In this document: positions 50,019 to 58,738 of the stretch, piece by piece
How the letters are laid out: each line of letters starts with the position of its first letter
Position numbering within the stretch: position 1 is the stretch's first letter
The notes under the pieces: generated by a model
What the model was told of the DNA's origin: nothing
Seen by the model: only the letters and a program-made list of their open reading frames with translations
The model's database searches: none
Position numbers and translations under genes: made by a program
NCBI GenBank assembly: GCA_037130755.1
Contig: JBAXSI010000002.1
Span: 47,621-111,620 of the forward strand
DNA length: 64,000 nt
Source of the DNA: Actinomycetes bacterium
GTDB taxonomy: Bacteria > Actinomycetota > Actinomycetes > S36-B12
Direction of reading: 5' to 3'

Positions 50019-50629
50019 CGGTGCCGAAGTCGATCGTCCTGGCGACGAGGAACCGCCACAAGCTCGCCGAGCTGCATCGCATCCTCGACGCGGCCGGCCT
50101 CGACATCGAGTTGCTCGGCGCCGACGCCTTCCCCGCCCTGCCGGACATTCCCGAGACCGAGTCCTCATTCGCCGGCAACGCCCTGCTGAAGGCACGGGAG
50201 ATCGCGCGCATCACCGGGCTGCCGGCCGTGGCCGACGATTCCGGCCTGTGCATCGACGCCCTCAACGGCATGCCGGGGATCCTGTCGGCACGTTGGTCCG
50301 GACGTCACGGTGACGATGTCGCCAATCTCAACCTCGTCCTCGGTCAGCTCAGCGACATCCCCGACCGTCGCCGCGGAGGTGCCTTCCACTGCGCGGCGGC
50401 GATCGCGCTTCCCGACGGCACCGAGCGCGTGGTCGAGGGAACGATCGAGGGGTCCATCATCCGCGAGGCTCGTGGTACCAACGGCTTCGGCTATGACCCG
50501 ATCTTCGTGCCAGTGGGACGCACGCAGACCATGGCCGAGATCCCCGCGGAGGAGAAGGACGCCATCAGTCATCGCGGGCGCGCGCTCGAAGCACTGGCAC
50601 CCGTGATCGCCGAGTTGCTGGCGCACTGA
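50015..50629 (+). CDS. rdgB: non-canonical purine NTP pyrophosphatase (RdgB/HAM1)
   Basis: [17 protein letters not shown] and GFGYDPIF motifs. GTGA overlap with rph. Confidence 0.9.
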   Translation: MTVPKSIVLATRNRHKLAELHRILDAAGLDIELLGADAFPALPDIPETESSFAGNALLKAREIARITGLPAVADDSGLCIDALNGMPGILSARWSGRHGDDVANLNLVLGQLSDIPDRRRGGAFHCAAAIALPDGTERVVEGTIEGSIIREARGTNGFGYDPIFVPVGRTQTMAEIPAEEKDAISHRGRALEALAPVIAELLAH

Positions 50630-51084
50630 TGCTGGGCGACTGCTACCCCTGCCGCATGACGGCGCATATCGATGAACTACCGCCGCGGGAGAAGATCTTC
50701 ATGCAGGGCGGCTGGCGCATCGCGCACGCGTTCAACTCCGCCCTGCCGGGCTGGCTGGTCCTCGTCCCGACGCGCCACGTCACCGGCCTCGACGAGCTCA
50801 CGACCGCGGAGTCCGAGGAGCTGGGGCTGCTCGCTCACCGTGCATCAGTCGCGTTGAAGTCCGTGACCGGCTGCTCGAAGACATACCTGATGCTCTTCGC
50901 CGAGGCCGAGGGCTTCAGCCACCTGCACGTGCACGTGGTTCCGCGGATGCCTGACTTGGCCCCAGAGGTGACCGGTCCACGGGTCTTCGCCTTCCTGGGC
51001 GAAGACGAGACGGTGTGGGTATCCGATGCCGATCAAGACGCTGTGTCTTTGCGGCTGCGATCGGCGCTGGCCGTCGCGAGGTGA
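50629..51084 (+). CDS. HIT family hydrolase
   Basis: N-terminal DCYPCR and the histidine triad HLHVHVVPR. Confidence 0.8.
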   Translation: MLGDCYPCRMTAHIDELPPREKIFMQGGWRIAHAFNSALPGWLVLVPTRHVTGLDELTTAESEELGLLAHRASVALKSVTGCSKTYLMLFAEAEGFSHLHVHVVPRMPDLAPEVTGPRVFAFLGEDETVWVSDADQDAVSLRLRSALAVAR

Positions 51085-51085
51085 G

Positions 51086-51167
51086 TGCGGGAGAAGGGAG
51101 TCGAACCCTCACGCCCGAAGGCACACGGCCCTAAACCGTGCGTGGCTGCCTATTACACCACTCCCGC
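51086..51167 (-). tRNA. tRNA-Leu (anticodon UAG)
   Basis: Manual cloverleaf: acceptor GCGGGAG/CUCCCGC, anticodon stem CACGG/CCGUG with loop UUUAGGG, long variable arm, T-loop UUCGACU. No encoded CCA. Confidence 0.85.
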
Positions 51168-51479
51168 TTGTGAAGTCAGTCTAGATGTCGGCGCCTCGAC
51201 CGGGCGTGACGACGGCCCTCGGCAGAAGGTGGGCGTCTGAGAATGACAGTTGGGGCATAGGAACCTCAGGTTCTCCGCGACGCAGTTGAGCGGATCTCCA
51301 TCACGGTGGTCCACGTGAAGAATGAGAACAGCCCCGTTCCAAACAGAACCAGTGCCGCATTGCTCGCACGTGTAGTCACGGCCGATCTCGATGAGCGAGC
51401 GCCGCAGGTATCGGGCTTCTATGCGCCGTGAGGTAACTGGCAGTCGGATGAGGAATTCCTCAGGTCTCTTGCGCGGCAA
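51153..51479 (-). CDS. small HNH endonuclease-domain protein
   Basis: CEQCG...HVDHRDGDPLNCVAENLRFLCPNCH HNH/zinc-finger motif. GC is lower than the surroundings. The 3' end overlaps the tRNA-Leu 5' end by 15 nt. Confidence 0.6.
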   Translation of the reverse strand: MPRKRPEEFLIRLPVTSRRIEARYLRRSLIEIGRDYTCEQCGTGSVWNGAVLILHVDHRDGDPLNCVAENLRFLCPNCHSQTPTFCRGPSSRPVEAPTSRLTSQAGVV

Positions 51480-51640
51480 GATCTTCCCTGCATTGTGACC
51501 CTGCCCGGTGAAGTGCGAACTATCGAGCCCGAGCGCTCGGATGCGCTTGCTGATGTGGGAGTGCGAACCGCCTGCGGTTCAACGTATGCCGAGGGTGTGA
51601 CATGGACCGGGCTGTCACGGCCCTGGTGGCGTCGCGCCAG

Positions 51641-52444
51641 TCAGGGGCGCAGCAGCGGGAACAGCGGGTGATCCATAGCGGCGCCGGCAGGGAGTTCAGC
51701 TTCCAGCCCGTCGAACTGCGGTGAGGTGCGCCACGGGCGCGGGGCGTGCGTCGCGTCATCCCCGAGGAACCGCAACGAGAACGCGCGACGACGGGAGGTT
51801 CCCGGAACCCCGTAGGCGTGGTGCGCCGTGAGCATGTGGAAGAAGACGACGTCGCCGGGCTCGAGCGCCCACGCACGAACGTCGTAGGCGCCGCGATCAC
51901 TCTCGATGTCGGGCAGTTCGTCGAGTGACCCTTCGGGGAACCACTTCGCCTGCTCGGTGAGGAAGGTGCGCGGCATCAGCCAGCCATCGAGATGGGAGCC
52001 CGCGAGGAACTCGAGGGTCGACTCGACGGGAACAGGATCGACCGGCATCCACATCGAGCAGTTCTGGAAGCCCTCGACGTTGTAGTACGGCTGGTCCTGG
52101 TGCCAGGGCGTGTGCTGCCGCGTGCCCGGCTCCTTGACGAGCAGGTGGTCGTGGAAGAGGCGCACGGTGGTGCTGCCCATGAGCGCGCCCGCGACGTCGG
52201 CGGCCTTCGACTCGAAGGCGATCTGCCGGTACTCGGGGATGCGCTGCCAGTTGCAGAAGTCCTCGACGAATCGACCCGGATCGTCGTCCTGGCTGGCGAC
52301 ACCGAACAGCGGACCGGGCTCGGCGAGGTTGCGCTCGATGCCGCGGCGCACCACCTCCACCTCGTCGACGCTGAACAGCGACCGGAGTACCACGCACCCG
52401 TCAGCGCGGTAGGCGTCGATCGCCGCCTGCTCGATGGCGGTCAT
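51641..52444 (-). CDS. phytanoyl-CoA dioxygenase (PhyH) family Fe(II)/2-oxoglutarate oxygenase
   Basis: WHQDQPY (HxD facial triad), a distal His in HMLTAHHA, and a typical PhyH N-terminus YRADGCVVLR. Confidence 0.8.
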   Translation of the reverse strand: MTAIEQAAIDAYRADGCVVLRSLFSVDEVEVVRRGIERNLAEPGPLFGVASQDDDPGRFVEDFCNWQRIPEYRQIAFESKAADVAGALMGSTTVRLFHDHLLVKEPGTRQHTPWHQDQPYYNVEGFQNCSMWMPVDPVPVESTLEFLAGSHLDGWLMPRTFLTEQAKWFPEGSLDELPDIESDRGAYDVRAWALEPGDVVFFHMLTAHHAYGVPGTSRRRAFSLRFLGDDATHAPRPWRTSPQFDGLEAELPAGAAMDHPLFPLLRP

Positions 52445-52905
52445 GCCAGCCCGAGGTCCTTGATCAGCTTCGCGACATGTCCGGTGGCCTTCACGTTGTA
52501 GAAGGCCTGCTCGATCTTGCCCTTGCCCGAGATGAGGAAGGTCGACCGGATCACGCCGGTGACCACCTTGCCGTAGAGCTTCTTCTCCCCGAAGGCGCCG
52601 TAGGCGGTGAGGACGGACTTGTCGGGGTCCGAGAGCAGCGGGTAGGTGAGGTGGTCGCGATCCTTGAACTTCGCGAGCTTCTCCGGCTTGTCCGGCGAGA
52701 TGCCGAGGATGGCGATGCCGTGCTCACCGAAGACCTCGAGGCGGTCGCGGAAGTCGCAGGCCTCCTTGGTGCAGCCAGGCGTCATGGCGGCGGGATAGGC
52801 GAACAGGAGCACCTGCTGCCCCGCGAAGTCCTTCAGGCGCACGATGGCGCCGGTGTCGTCGGTGAGGGCGAAGGCGGGAGCCTTGTCGTCGGGCGCGAGG
52901 GTCAT
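52441..52905 (-). CDS. bcp: thioredoxin-dependent peroxiredoxin Bcp
   Basis: FAYPAAMTPGCTKEAC peroxidatic Cys motif. Start ATG 52905. ATGA overlap with the downstream phyH gene. Confidence 0.9.
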   Translation of the reverse strand: MTLAPDDKAPAFALTDDTGAIVRLKDFAGQQVLLFAYPAAMTPGCTKEACDFRDRLEVFGEHGIAILGISPDKPEKLAKFKDRDHLTYPLLSDPDKSVLTAYGAFGEKKLYGKVVTGVIRSTFLISGKGKIEQAFYNVKATGHVAKLIKDLGLA

Positions 52906-52980
52906 AGTGGCCTCCTGGGGCGGTGCGGGGGAGCACCACGCTAGGCGATGGTCGCCAGCCTTCTGTCCAAGACCATGCAA

Positions 52981-52997
52981 CTGCAAACGATTTGCAG
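52981..52997. promoter_or_regulatory. palindrome CTGCAAA-CGA-TTTGCAG (Zur-box-like) upstream of the metal ABC operon
   Basis: Perfect 7-bp arms, 30 nt before ATG 53027. Architecture resembles the actinobacterial TGAAAAT-N-ATTTTCA Zur box as I recall it. Confidence 0.5.
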
Positions 52998-53026
52998 AAA
53001 GACACCGGTGAACTTAGGGTTCCCTC

Positions 53027-54040
53027 ATGCGACTCAGGGCGTCCCTCATGCCGATCGCGGTTGCGCTGATGCTCGCCGCCTGCTCGTCCGGTTCCTCGGC
53101 TGGCTCCTCATCGGAGCCTACGGCTGCCGGCCAGGGTCCGCTCGTCGCGACCACGGTCTCGCCGATCACCTCGATCGCGGCCTCGATCGCCGGCGACCGT
53201 GCGCGGGTGCAGGGCATCGTCCCCGAGGGATCCAACAGCCACACCTACGAGCCGGCCCCGCAGACTGCGGAGCTGCTGAGCAACGCCGATCTCATCCTCG
53301 TCAACGGACTGAAGCTCGAGGACCCCACGGTCGAGCTCGCGAAGTCCAACAAGAAGGAGTCCACGCCGATCGTCGAGATCGGCACGGCGGTCCTGCCCGA
53401 GTCGGACTACATCTACGACTTCTCCTTCCCGAAGGAGGACGGCAAGCCCAACCCGCACCTGTGGACGGACCCCAACTACGCGATCAAGTACGCCGCGGTG
53501 ATCCGCGACCAGCTGAGCACGCTCGACCCGACCAACGCCTCGTACTACTCCGCCAACTACGACTCCTTCGCCAAGAAGGCCAACGAGCTGGCCGACGCGC
53601 TGCGGGCCGATCAGAAGACGGTTCCTGACGGGAACCTCAAGCTGCTGACGTACCACGACGCCTACGCGTACTTCGCCAAGGACTTCGGCTGGCAGGTCAT
53701 CGGAGCGTTGCAGCCCAAGAACTTCTCCGACCCGACGCCTTCTGAGGTGGCCACGCTCATCGACCAGGTCAAGGCCGAGAAGGTGCCGACCATCTTCGGC
53801 TCCGAGGTGTTCCCCTCGTCGGTGCTCGAGGAGATCGGGCGTGCGACGGGAGCCCGCTACGAGGACTCCCTGCGCGACGACGACCTGCCCGGCACACCTG
53901 GGGAGCCGGACCACTCCTGGCTCGGCCTGATGAAGTACGACTACTCGACCATGATCAAGGGCCTGGGCGGGAATCCCACGAACCTCGATGCGGTTGACGT
54001 GACCAGTTCGGTTCCCGACAAGGCGGAGTACCCCCAGTGA
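53027..54040 (+). CDS. metal ABC transporter substrate-binding lipoprotein (cluster A-I, Zn-type ligand set)
   Basis: Lipobox LAAC. Metal-ligand contexts NSHTYEP, NPHLW and YHDAYAYF (His rather than the Glu of Mn-type proteins). Confidence 0.85.
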   Translation: MRLRASLMPIAVALMLAACSSGSSAGSSSEPTAAGQGPLVATTVSPITSIAASIAGDRARVQGIVPEGSNSHTYEPAPQTAELLSNADLILVNGLKLEDPTVELAKSNKKESTPIVEIGTAVLPESDYIYDFSFPKEDGKPNPHLWTDPNYAIKYAAVIRDQLSTLDPTNASYYSANYDSFAKKANELADALRADQKTVPDGNLKLLTYHDAYAYFAKDFGWQVIGALQPKNFSDPTPSEVATLIDQVKAEKVPTIFGSEVFPSSVLEEIGRATGARYEDSLRDDDLPGTPGEPDHSWLGLMKYDYSTMIKGLGGNPTNLDAVDVTSSVPDKAEYPQ

Positions 54041-54053
54041 ACAGAGCGCGGCC

Positions 54054-54839
54054 ATGACCGGCACCGGGGTCGGCCCTGAGCTGATCAGGCTCGACGACGT
54101 GAACGCGGGCTACGGCCAGCACGTGGTGCTGCACGACGTGTCATTCCACATCCACGAGGACCAGTTCACCGGCATCGTCGGGCCGTCCGGCGCGGGTAAG
54201 ACGACGCTGCTGCGCGTGCTCCTCGGCACGCTCGGCACCGAGTCCGGCACGCTGTGGCGTCGACCGGACCTCCGCGTCGCCTACGTGCCGCAGCTTGAGA
54301 CCGTCAACTGGAACTTCCCGGTCACGGTCATGGAGTGCGTACTCATGTCCAAGACCCGCGGCCGGCTCCTGCCGTGGGCCAGTCGGCAGGAGAAGGCGCA
54401 GGTTCTCGACGTGCTGGACCGGCTCGGCATCGGCGGCCTGTCCCAGCGTCACATTCGCGAGCTCTCCGGCGGCCAGCAGCAGCGGATGTTCCTCGCTCGC
54501 GCCCTCCTTCGCGACCCGCAACTGCTCCTCATGGACGAGCCCACCAGCGGTGTCGACGTGTCGACCCGGCATGACGTGCTCCACTTGCTGGCCGACCTGC
54601 ACGAGGAGGGCGTGGCCATCGTCCTCACCACGCACGACCTCAACGGCATGGCGGCGCACCTGCCGCACCTGGTGTGCGTCAACCATCGGATCGTCGCTGA
54701 CGGCACCCCGAACGAGGTCATCACGCCTGCCGTGCTCGAGCAGACGTTCGGCGCCCGCATGGAGGTCCTCGAGCATCTGGGCATGCGGGTTGTCGTCGAC
54801 GAGGCCCCGGTCTCGTACCTGCCCGGGGTGAGCAACTGA
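54054..54839 (+). CDS. metal ABC transporter ATP-binding protein
   Basis: Walker A GPSGAGKTT, signature LSGGQQQR, Walker B LLLMDEP. Confidence 0.9.
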   Translation: MTGTGVGPELIRLDDVNAGYGQHVVLHDVSFHIHEDQFTGIVGPSGAGKTTLLRVLLGTLGTESGTLWRRPDLRVAYVPQLETVNWNFPVTVMECVLMSKTRGRLLPWASRQEKAQVLDVLDRLGIGGLSQRHIRELSGGQQQRMFLARALLRDPQLLLMDEPTSGVDVSTRHDVLHLLADLHEEGVAIVLTTHDLNGMAAHLPHLVCVNHRIVADGTPNEVITPAVLEQTFGARMEVLEHLGMRVVVDEAPVSYLPGVSN

Positions 54840-54840
54840 C

Positions 54841-55716
54841 ATGGAGACACTCCTCGCGCCCCTGGCCTACGCCTTCTTCCAGAAGGGGCTGCTGGTCGCC
54901 TGCCTGTCCGGCGCACTGCTCGGGTTCATCGGCGTCTACATCGTCCTGCGCGGCATGAGCTACATCGGCCACGGGCTGTCGCACTCGATCTTCGGCGGAT
55001 TCGCGGCGGCGCAGCTCTTCGCGGCGCAGTTCTACGTGATCGGGGCCGGACTGTGGGGAATCGCGTCGGCCCTCGCCATCACGGTCGTGGTGAAGAAGAG
55101 TCGCGTCGGAGCCGATGCCGCCATCGGAGTGATCACGCTCGCGTCGTTCGCCCTGGGCGTCGCGCTGTTCGCGAAGTTCGGGAGCACCGGTCCGTCCTTC
55201 GACAATGCGCTGTTCGGCAGCATCCTGGGGATCACGCCGATACAGATCCTCGGGCTGGTCGCCGTCACCGTGCTGACCGGTCTGTTCGTGTTCTTCCGCT
55301 ACCGGGCGCTGCTGTTCAGCACCTTCGATCCGGACGTGGCCACGGTGTCCGGAGTGCAGGTCGCTCGCATCGAGGCGTCGCTGATGGTGATCCTCTCGCT
55401 GGCGATCCTGGCCACGCTGACCGTCGTCGGCGTGACCCTCGTTGCGGCCATGCTGGTCATCCCGGCGGTGATCGCGCGCATGCTGACGGACTCCTTCGGA
55501 CGGATGCTCACCTACAGCACGATCGTCGGTTCGATCTGCGGTCTTGCCGGCATGTACCTCAGCTACTACGCGGGCGTGCCGTCCGGCACGATGATCGTCC
55601 TGGTGGGCGCCGCGCTGTTCATCGTCGTCCTCGCTTTCACCGGGGGACGGGGTCTTCGGCGCTCCGCCGGATTGGACAGCCACTCCGAGGACCTGCTCGC
55701 CGAGCCTGCCGCGTAG
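54841..55716 (+). CDS. metal ABC transporter permease (ZnuB/TroC-like)
   Basis: 8-9 TM ABC-3 family profile, directly downstream of the ATPase. Confidence 0.9.
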   Translation: METLLAPLAYAFFQKGLLVACLSGALLGFIGVYIVLRGMSYIGHGLSHSIFGGFAAAQLFAAQFYVIGAGLWGIASALAITVVVKKSRVGADAAIGVITLASFALGVALFAKFGSTGPSFDNALFGSILGITPIQILGLVAVTVLTGLFVFFRYRALLFSTFDPDVATVSGVQVARIEASLMVILSLAILATLTVVGVTLVAAMLVIPAVIARMLTDSFGRMLTYSTIVGSICGLAGMYLSYYAGVPSGTMIVLVGAALFIVVLAFTGGRGLRRSAGLDSHSEDLLAEPAA

Positions 55717-55727
55717 GCTTGCGTTCC

Positions 55728-56021
55728 ATGTCGGACGTCATGCCACCCGCCCTGGACGCGACCACGCCCGTGAAGGCCCCTGCTCCCTCCGTGGAGGACC
55801 TGCAGGCGGAGATCGAGTCCGCTCGCGACGACCTGGTCCAATCGCTCAACGAGCTCAAGGCGCAGACCAAGCCTGGGGCCCTGGTCAAGCGCGGACAGCG
55901 CAACGTCCTGGGCTTCTTCACCGACGAGTTCGGCGGGGTAAGGCCTGATCGCGTGGCGATCGTCGGTGCCGTCGTGGTCGGCATCCTCGCTCTCGGCGCG
56001 CTTCGCCGCCGCCGCCGCTAG
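55728..56021 (+). CDS. DUF3618-like small protein with C-terminal TM anchor
   Basis: ATG 55728. Coiled segment LQAEIESARDDLVQSLNELKAQTKP, then AIVGAVVVGILALGALRRRRR. Confidence 0.65.
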   Translation: MSDVMPPALDATTPVKAPAPSVEDLQAEIESARDDLVQSLNELKAQTKPGALVKRGQRNVLGFFTDEFGGVRPDRVAIVGAVVVGILALGALRRRRR

Positions 56022-56030
56022 CCAGCGTCC

Positions 56031-56402
56031 GTGGCCGCGAGTGCACACGAAGTCGTGACGTCCCCCGACACCACCCCGAACCCCGACGGTTCGGTCCCGA
56101 TCAAGCTGCTCCACGATCGCGTCCTCGTGCACGAGGACAACGACGGCCGCGAGCGCAAGTCGCTTGGCGGGATCGTCATCCCGGCCACCGCGCAGGTCGG
56201 CCGCAGGCTCGCCTGGGCCAACGTCGTAGCGATCGGACCGAACGTTCGCAGTCTCGAGGTGGGCGACCATGTGCTGTTCGAGCCGGAGGACCGCGGGCTC
56301 GTCGAACTCCAGGGCATCGAGTACGTCCTGCTGCGCGAGCGAGATGTCCATGCCGTGGCAGTGGAACGTGACCAGTCGTCCGGCACCGGTCTGTATCTGT
56401 AG
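56031..56402 (+). CDS. GroES/Cpn10-fold protein (orphan; no groEL adjacent)
   Basis: IKLLHDRVLV...GGIVIP...VVAIGP...VGDHVLF follows the Cpn10 pattern. Start uncertain (56031 or about 56055). Confidence 0.65.
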   Translation: MAASAHEVVTSPDTTPNPDGSVPIKLLHDRVLVHEDNDGRERKSLGGIVIPATAQVGRRLAWANVVAIGPNVRSLEVGDHVLFEPEDRGLVELQGIEYVLLRERDVHAVAVERDQSSGTGLYL

Positions 56403-56407
56403 GTGAC

Positions 56408-57289
56408 GTGACAGAGACTCCACTGCGCCGACCGGTGCTCGTCGGTGGGACTGGTCGCAGTGGTTCCACGATCGTGGGCCACCTGCTCGACAACCACCCC
56501 GATCTGACGCTGACCCGCCCGATGGAGGTCAGGTTCATCGCCGGGCATCAGGGGCTCGCGGACGCGCTGGCGAAGGCGCAGCGCAAGCCTGGCAGCTCCG
56601 AGGCGACGGCGGCCGCGCAGTTGGCAGTGGACCGGCTGCTCAACCGGTGGTTCTACCGCGCCGAGCACGTGGGGCTGCACGAGTCGATGTCGAAGGACGA
56701 GGTCGAGGAGTGGTCGAAGGACTATCTCGCGACGTTCGGCACCGACGCGGTGACGGCCACCCGCACGTTGACCGATCGCATCATGGCGCGCATCGCGGCG
56801 CGGCTGAATGCCACGCGCCTGGTCGACACCACTCCGGCCAACGCCCGCAAGGCCGATCGGCTCGAGCCCATCTATCCGGAGTCCAAAGTCGTCATGGTGA
56901 CCCGCGACGGCCGCGACGTCTCCGCGTCGTTCGTCAGTCAGAGCTTCGGGCCGGACGACGTGTTCGAGGCGCTCGACCAGTGGGAGGCACGCATGCTGGC
57001 CTCGCATCGCGCGGCGGCACGGTGCCGCGCCGACCGGATCCTGACCTTCGAGCTCATGGACCTCGTGGTCCGTGACCGAGCAGTCACGCTGGCCCGACTG
57101 TGCGACTTCCTCGGCGTGCCGGTCGACCCGGCGATGGTTGCGTGGTTCGACGAGAACGTGACGAGCGATGGCATGCACCCGGGCCGTTGGCGTCGGGACT
57201 TCGATGACCAGACAGGTGCACGCATCGATGAGCACTATGCGGCCGCCTGCGCGCGCTTAGCGGCTGAAGGCGTCCCGATCCCCTCCTGA
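56408..57289 (+). CDS. sulfotransferase family protein
   Basis: 5'-PSB-like loop GTGRSGSTIVGHLL and 3'-PB-like VTRDGRDVSAS. Confidence 0.7.
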   Translation: MTETPLRRPVLVGGTGRSGSTIVGHLLDNHPDLTLTRPMEVRFIAGHQGLADALAKAQRKPGSSEATAAAQLAVDRLLNRWFYRAEHVGLHESMSKDEVEEWSKDYLATFGTDAVTATRTLTDRIMARIAARLNATRLVDTTPANARKADRLEPIYPESKVVMVTRDGRDVSASFVSQSFGPDDVFEALDQWEARMLASHRAAARCRADRILTFELMDLVVRDRAVTLARLCDFLGVPVDPAMVAWFDENVTSDGMHPGRWRRDFDDQTGARIDEHYAAACARLAAEGVPIPS

Positions 57290-57349
57290 CGGGGGGCGTT
57301 TTGCCGCGAACGGGGCGAGTGTGATTACATCTGCCTCACAACTGAATAC

Positions 57350-57469
57350 CTCATCCAGAGGGGCAGAGGGATACGGCCCGTTGAAGCCCCGGCAACCTTT
57401 TCGGTGACTCTCGCGTGCGAGGCCGCCCGAAAGTGGTGCCACTTCCGACCTGAAACCAGGGCAGATGAG
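57350..57469 (+). promoter_or_regulatory. SAM-I (S-box) riboswitch
   Basis: P1 CTCATC...GATGAG. Conserved cores CAGAGGGGCAGAGGGA, CGGCCCGTTGAAGCCCCGGCAACC and GGTGCCACTTCCGACC. RBS AGAGAGG lies directly after the 3' P1 strand; ATG at 57485. Confidence 0.85.
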
Positions 57470-57484
57470 AAGAGAGGCCTCGTC

Positions 57485-58738
57485 ATGACTGTTCAACTGA
57501 CCAACCCCTCGCTGGGATCGGCGTACGCGCTGAAGTGCCGCGAGTGCGGCGCCACCACCGAGCTCGACGCCAGCTACGCCTGCATGGAGTGCTTCGGCCC
57601 CCTCGAGGTGGCGTACCACCCCACCGCGATCACGCGCTCGCAGATCGAGGCGGGTCCGCTGTCGATGTGGCGCTATGAGGCGCTGCTGCCGGTGGTGCCC
57701 GGGGCCGGTGGCCGGCCGGGTCTGCAGCCGGGCCTGACCAAGCTCGTCCGCGCGGACAACCTGGCTGCGGCGCTGGGTGTGAAGACCCTCTGGGTCAAGG
57801 ACGACTCGGGTAACCCGACGCACTCCTTCAAGGACCGCGTGGTTGCCGTGGCGCTGGAGAACGCGCGGCGGCTGGGCTACGGCACCATCGCCTGCGCGTC
57901 CACCGGCAACCTCGCCAACGCGGTGGCAGCTGCCGCATCGCGAGCGGGTCTCAAGTCCGTCGTCTTCGTGCCGTCAAATCTCGAGGCCGGCAAGATCGTG
58001 ACCACCGCCGTCTATGGCGGCACGCTGGTCGCCATCGACGGCAACTACGACGACGTCAATCGGCTGTGCAGCGAGGTCGCGTCGTCGCGTGACTGGGGCT
58101 TCGTCAACGTCAACCTCCGGCCCTACTACGCCGAGGGGAGCAAGACGGTCGGCTACGAGGTCGCCGAGCAGCTGGGCTGGCGCCTGCCAGATGCCGTCGT
58201 GTCGCCGGTGGCGTCCGGCTCGCTCCTGACCAAGGTCGACAAGGCGTTCCGCGAGTTCGTCGAGCTCGGTCTGGTCGACGAGCACGAGTACCAGGTCTTC
58301 GGGGCGCAGGCCACGGGCTGCTCGCCGGTCGCGCAGGCGTTCCGTGCTGGGCACGACGTCATCCGCCCGGTCAAGCCCGACACGATTGCGAAGTCACTCG
58401 CCATCGGGAACCCTGCCGACGGGCCTTATGCGCTCGACGCCGTCCGCCGCACCGGTGGGGCAGTGGCTGACGTCTCGGACGACGAGATCGTTGGGGGGAT
58501 CAAGCTGTTGGCGCAGACCGAGGGCATCTTCGCCGAGACTGCAGGCGGGGTCGTGGTGGCCACCTACCGCAAGCTCCTGGCCGAGGGCCTCATCGATCCG
58601 GCCGCAGAGACCGTGCTCCTGAACACCGGCGACGGACTGAAGACGCTCGACGCGGTCGCCCCGACATCGCAGCCCACGTTCACGATCTCCCCGTCCTACG
58701 ACGACTTCGAGGACAACTACACCGAGGTGACCTCATGA
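57485..58738 (+). CDS. threonine-synthase-fold PLP enzyme (candidate homocysteine synthase, MetM-like)
   Basis: N-terminal Cys4 ribbon CRECG...CMECFG. PLP lysine HSFKDRV. ThrC-like throughout. Under SAM riboswitch control. ORF-track start 57404 lies inside the riboswitch and was rejected. Confidence 0.85.
   Translation: MTVQLTNPSLGSAYALKCRECGATTELDASYACMECFGPLEVAYHPTAITRSQIEAGPLSMWRYEALLPVVPGAGGRPGLQPGLTKLVRADNLAAALGVKTLWVKDDSGNPTHSFKDRVVAVALENARRLGYGTIACASTGNLANAVAAAASRAGLKSVVFVPSNLEAGKIVTTAVYGGTLVAIDGNYDDVNRLCSEVASSRDWGFVNVNLRPYYAEGSKTVGYEVAEQLGWRLPDAVVSPVASGSLLTKVDKAFREFVELGLVDEHEYQVFGAQATGCSPVAQAFRAGHDVIRPVKPDTIAKSLAIGNPADGPYALDAVRRTGGAVADVSDDEIVGGIKLLAQTEGIFAETAGGVVVATYRKLLAEGLIDPAAETVLLNTGDGLKTLDAVAPTSQPTFTISPSYDDFEDNYTEVTS

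Noticed and set aside
50629-52444. tRNA-Leu plus HNH region as an integrated prophage or genomic island
   Set aside because: I saw no integrase, no recognisable att duplication of the tRNA 3' end, and the flanking genes (HIT, phyH, bcp) look native. At most it is a small remnant, which I kept as a low-interest finding.
55053-55727. Front part of the 322-aa ORF 55053-56021
   Set aside because: It is an alternate frame inside the ABC permease gene. Only the tail from ATG 55728 (DUF3618-like) is intergenic and plausible.
57257-57823. 188-aa minus-strand ORF
   Set aside because: It runs antisense across the SAM riboswitch and the 5' end of the ThrC-like gene. No motifs and junk composition.
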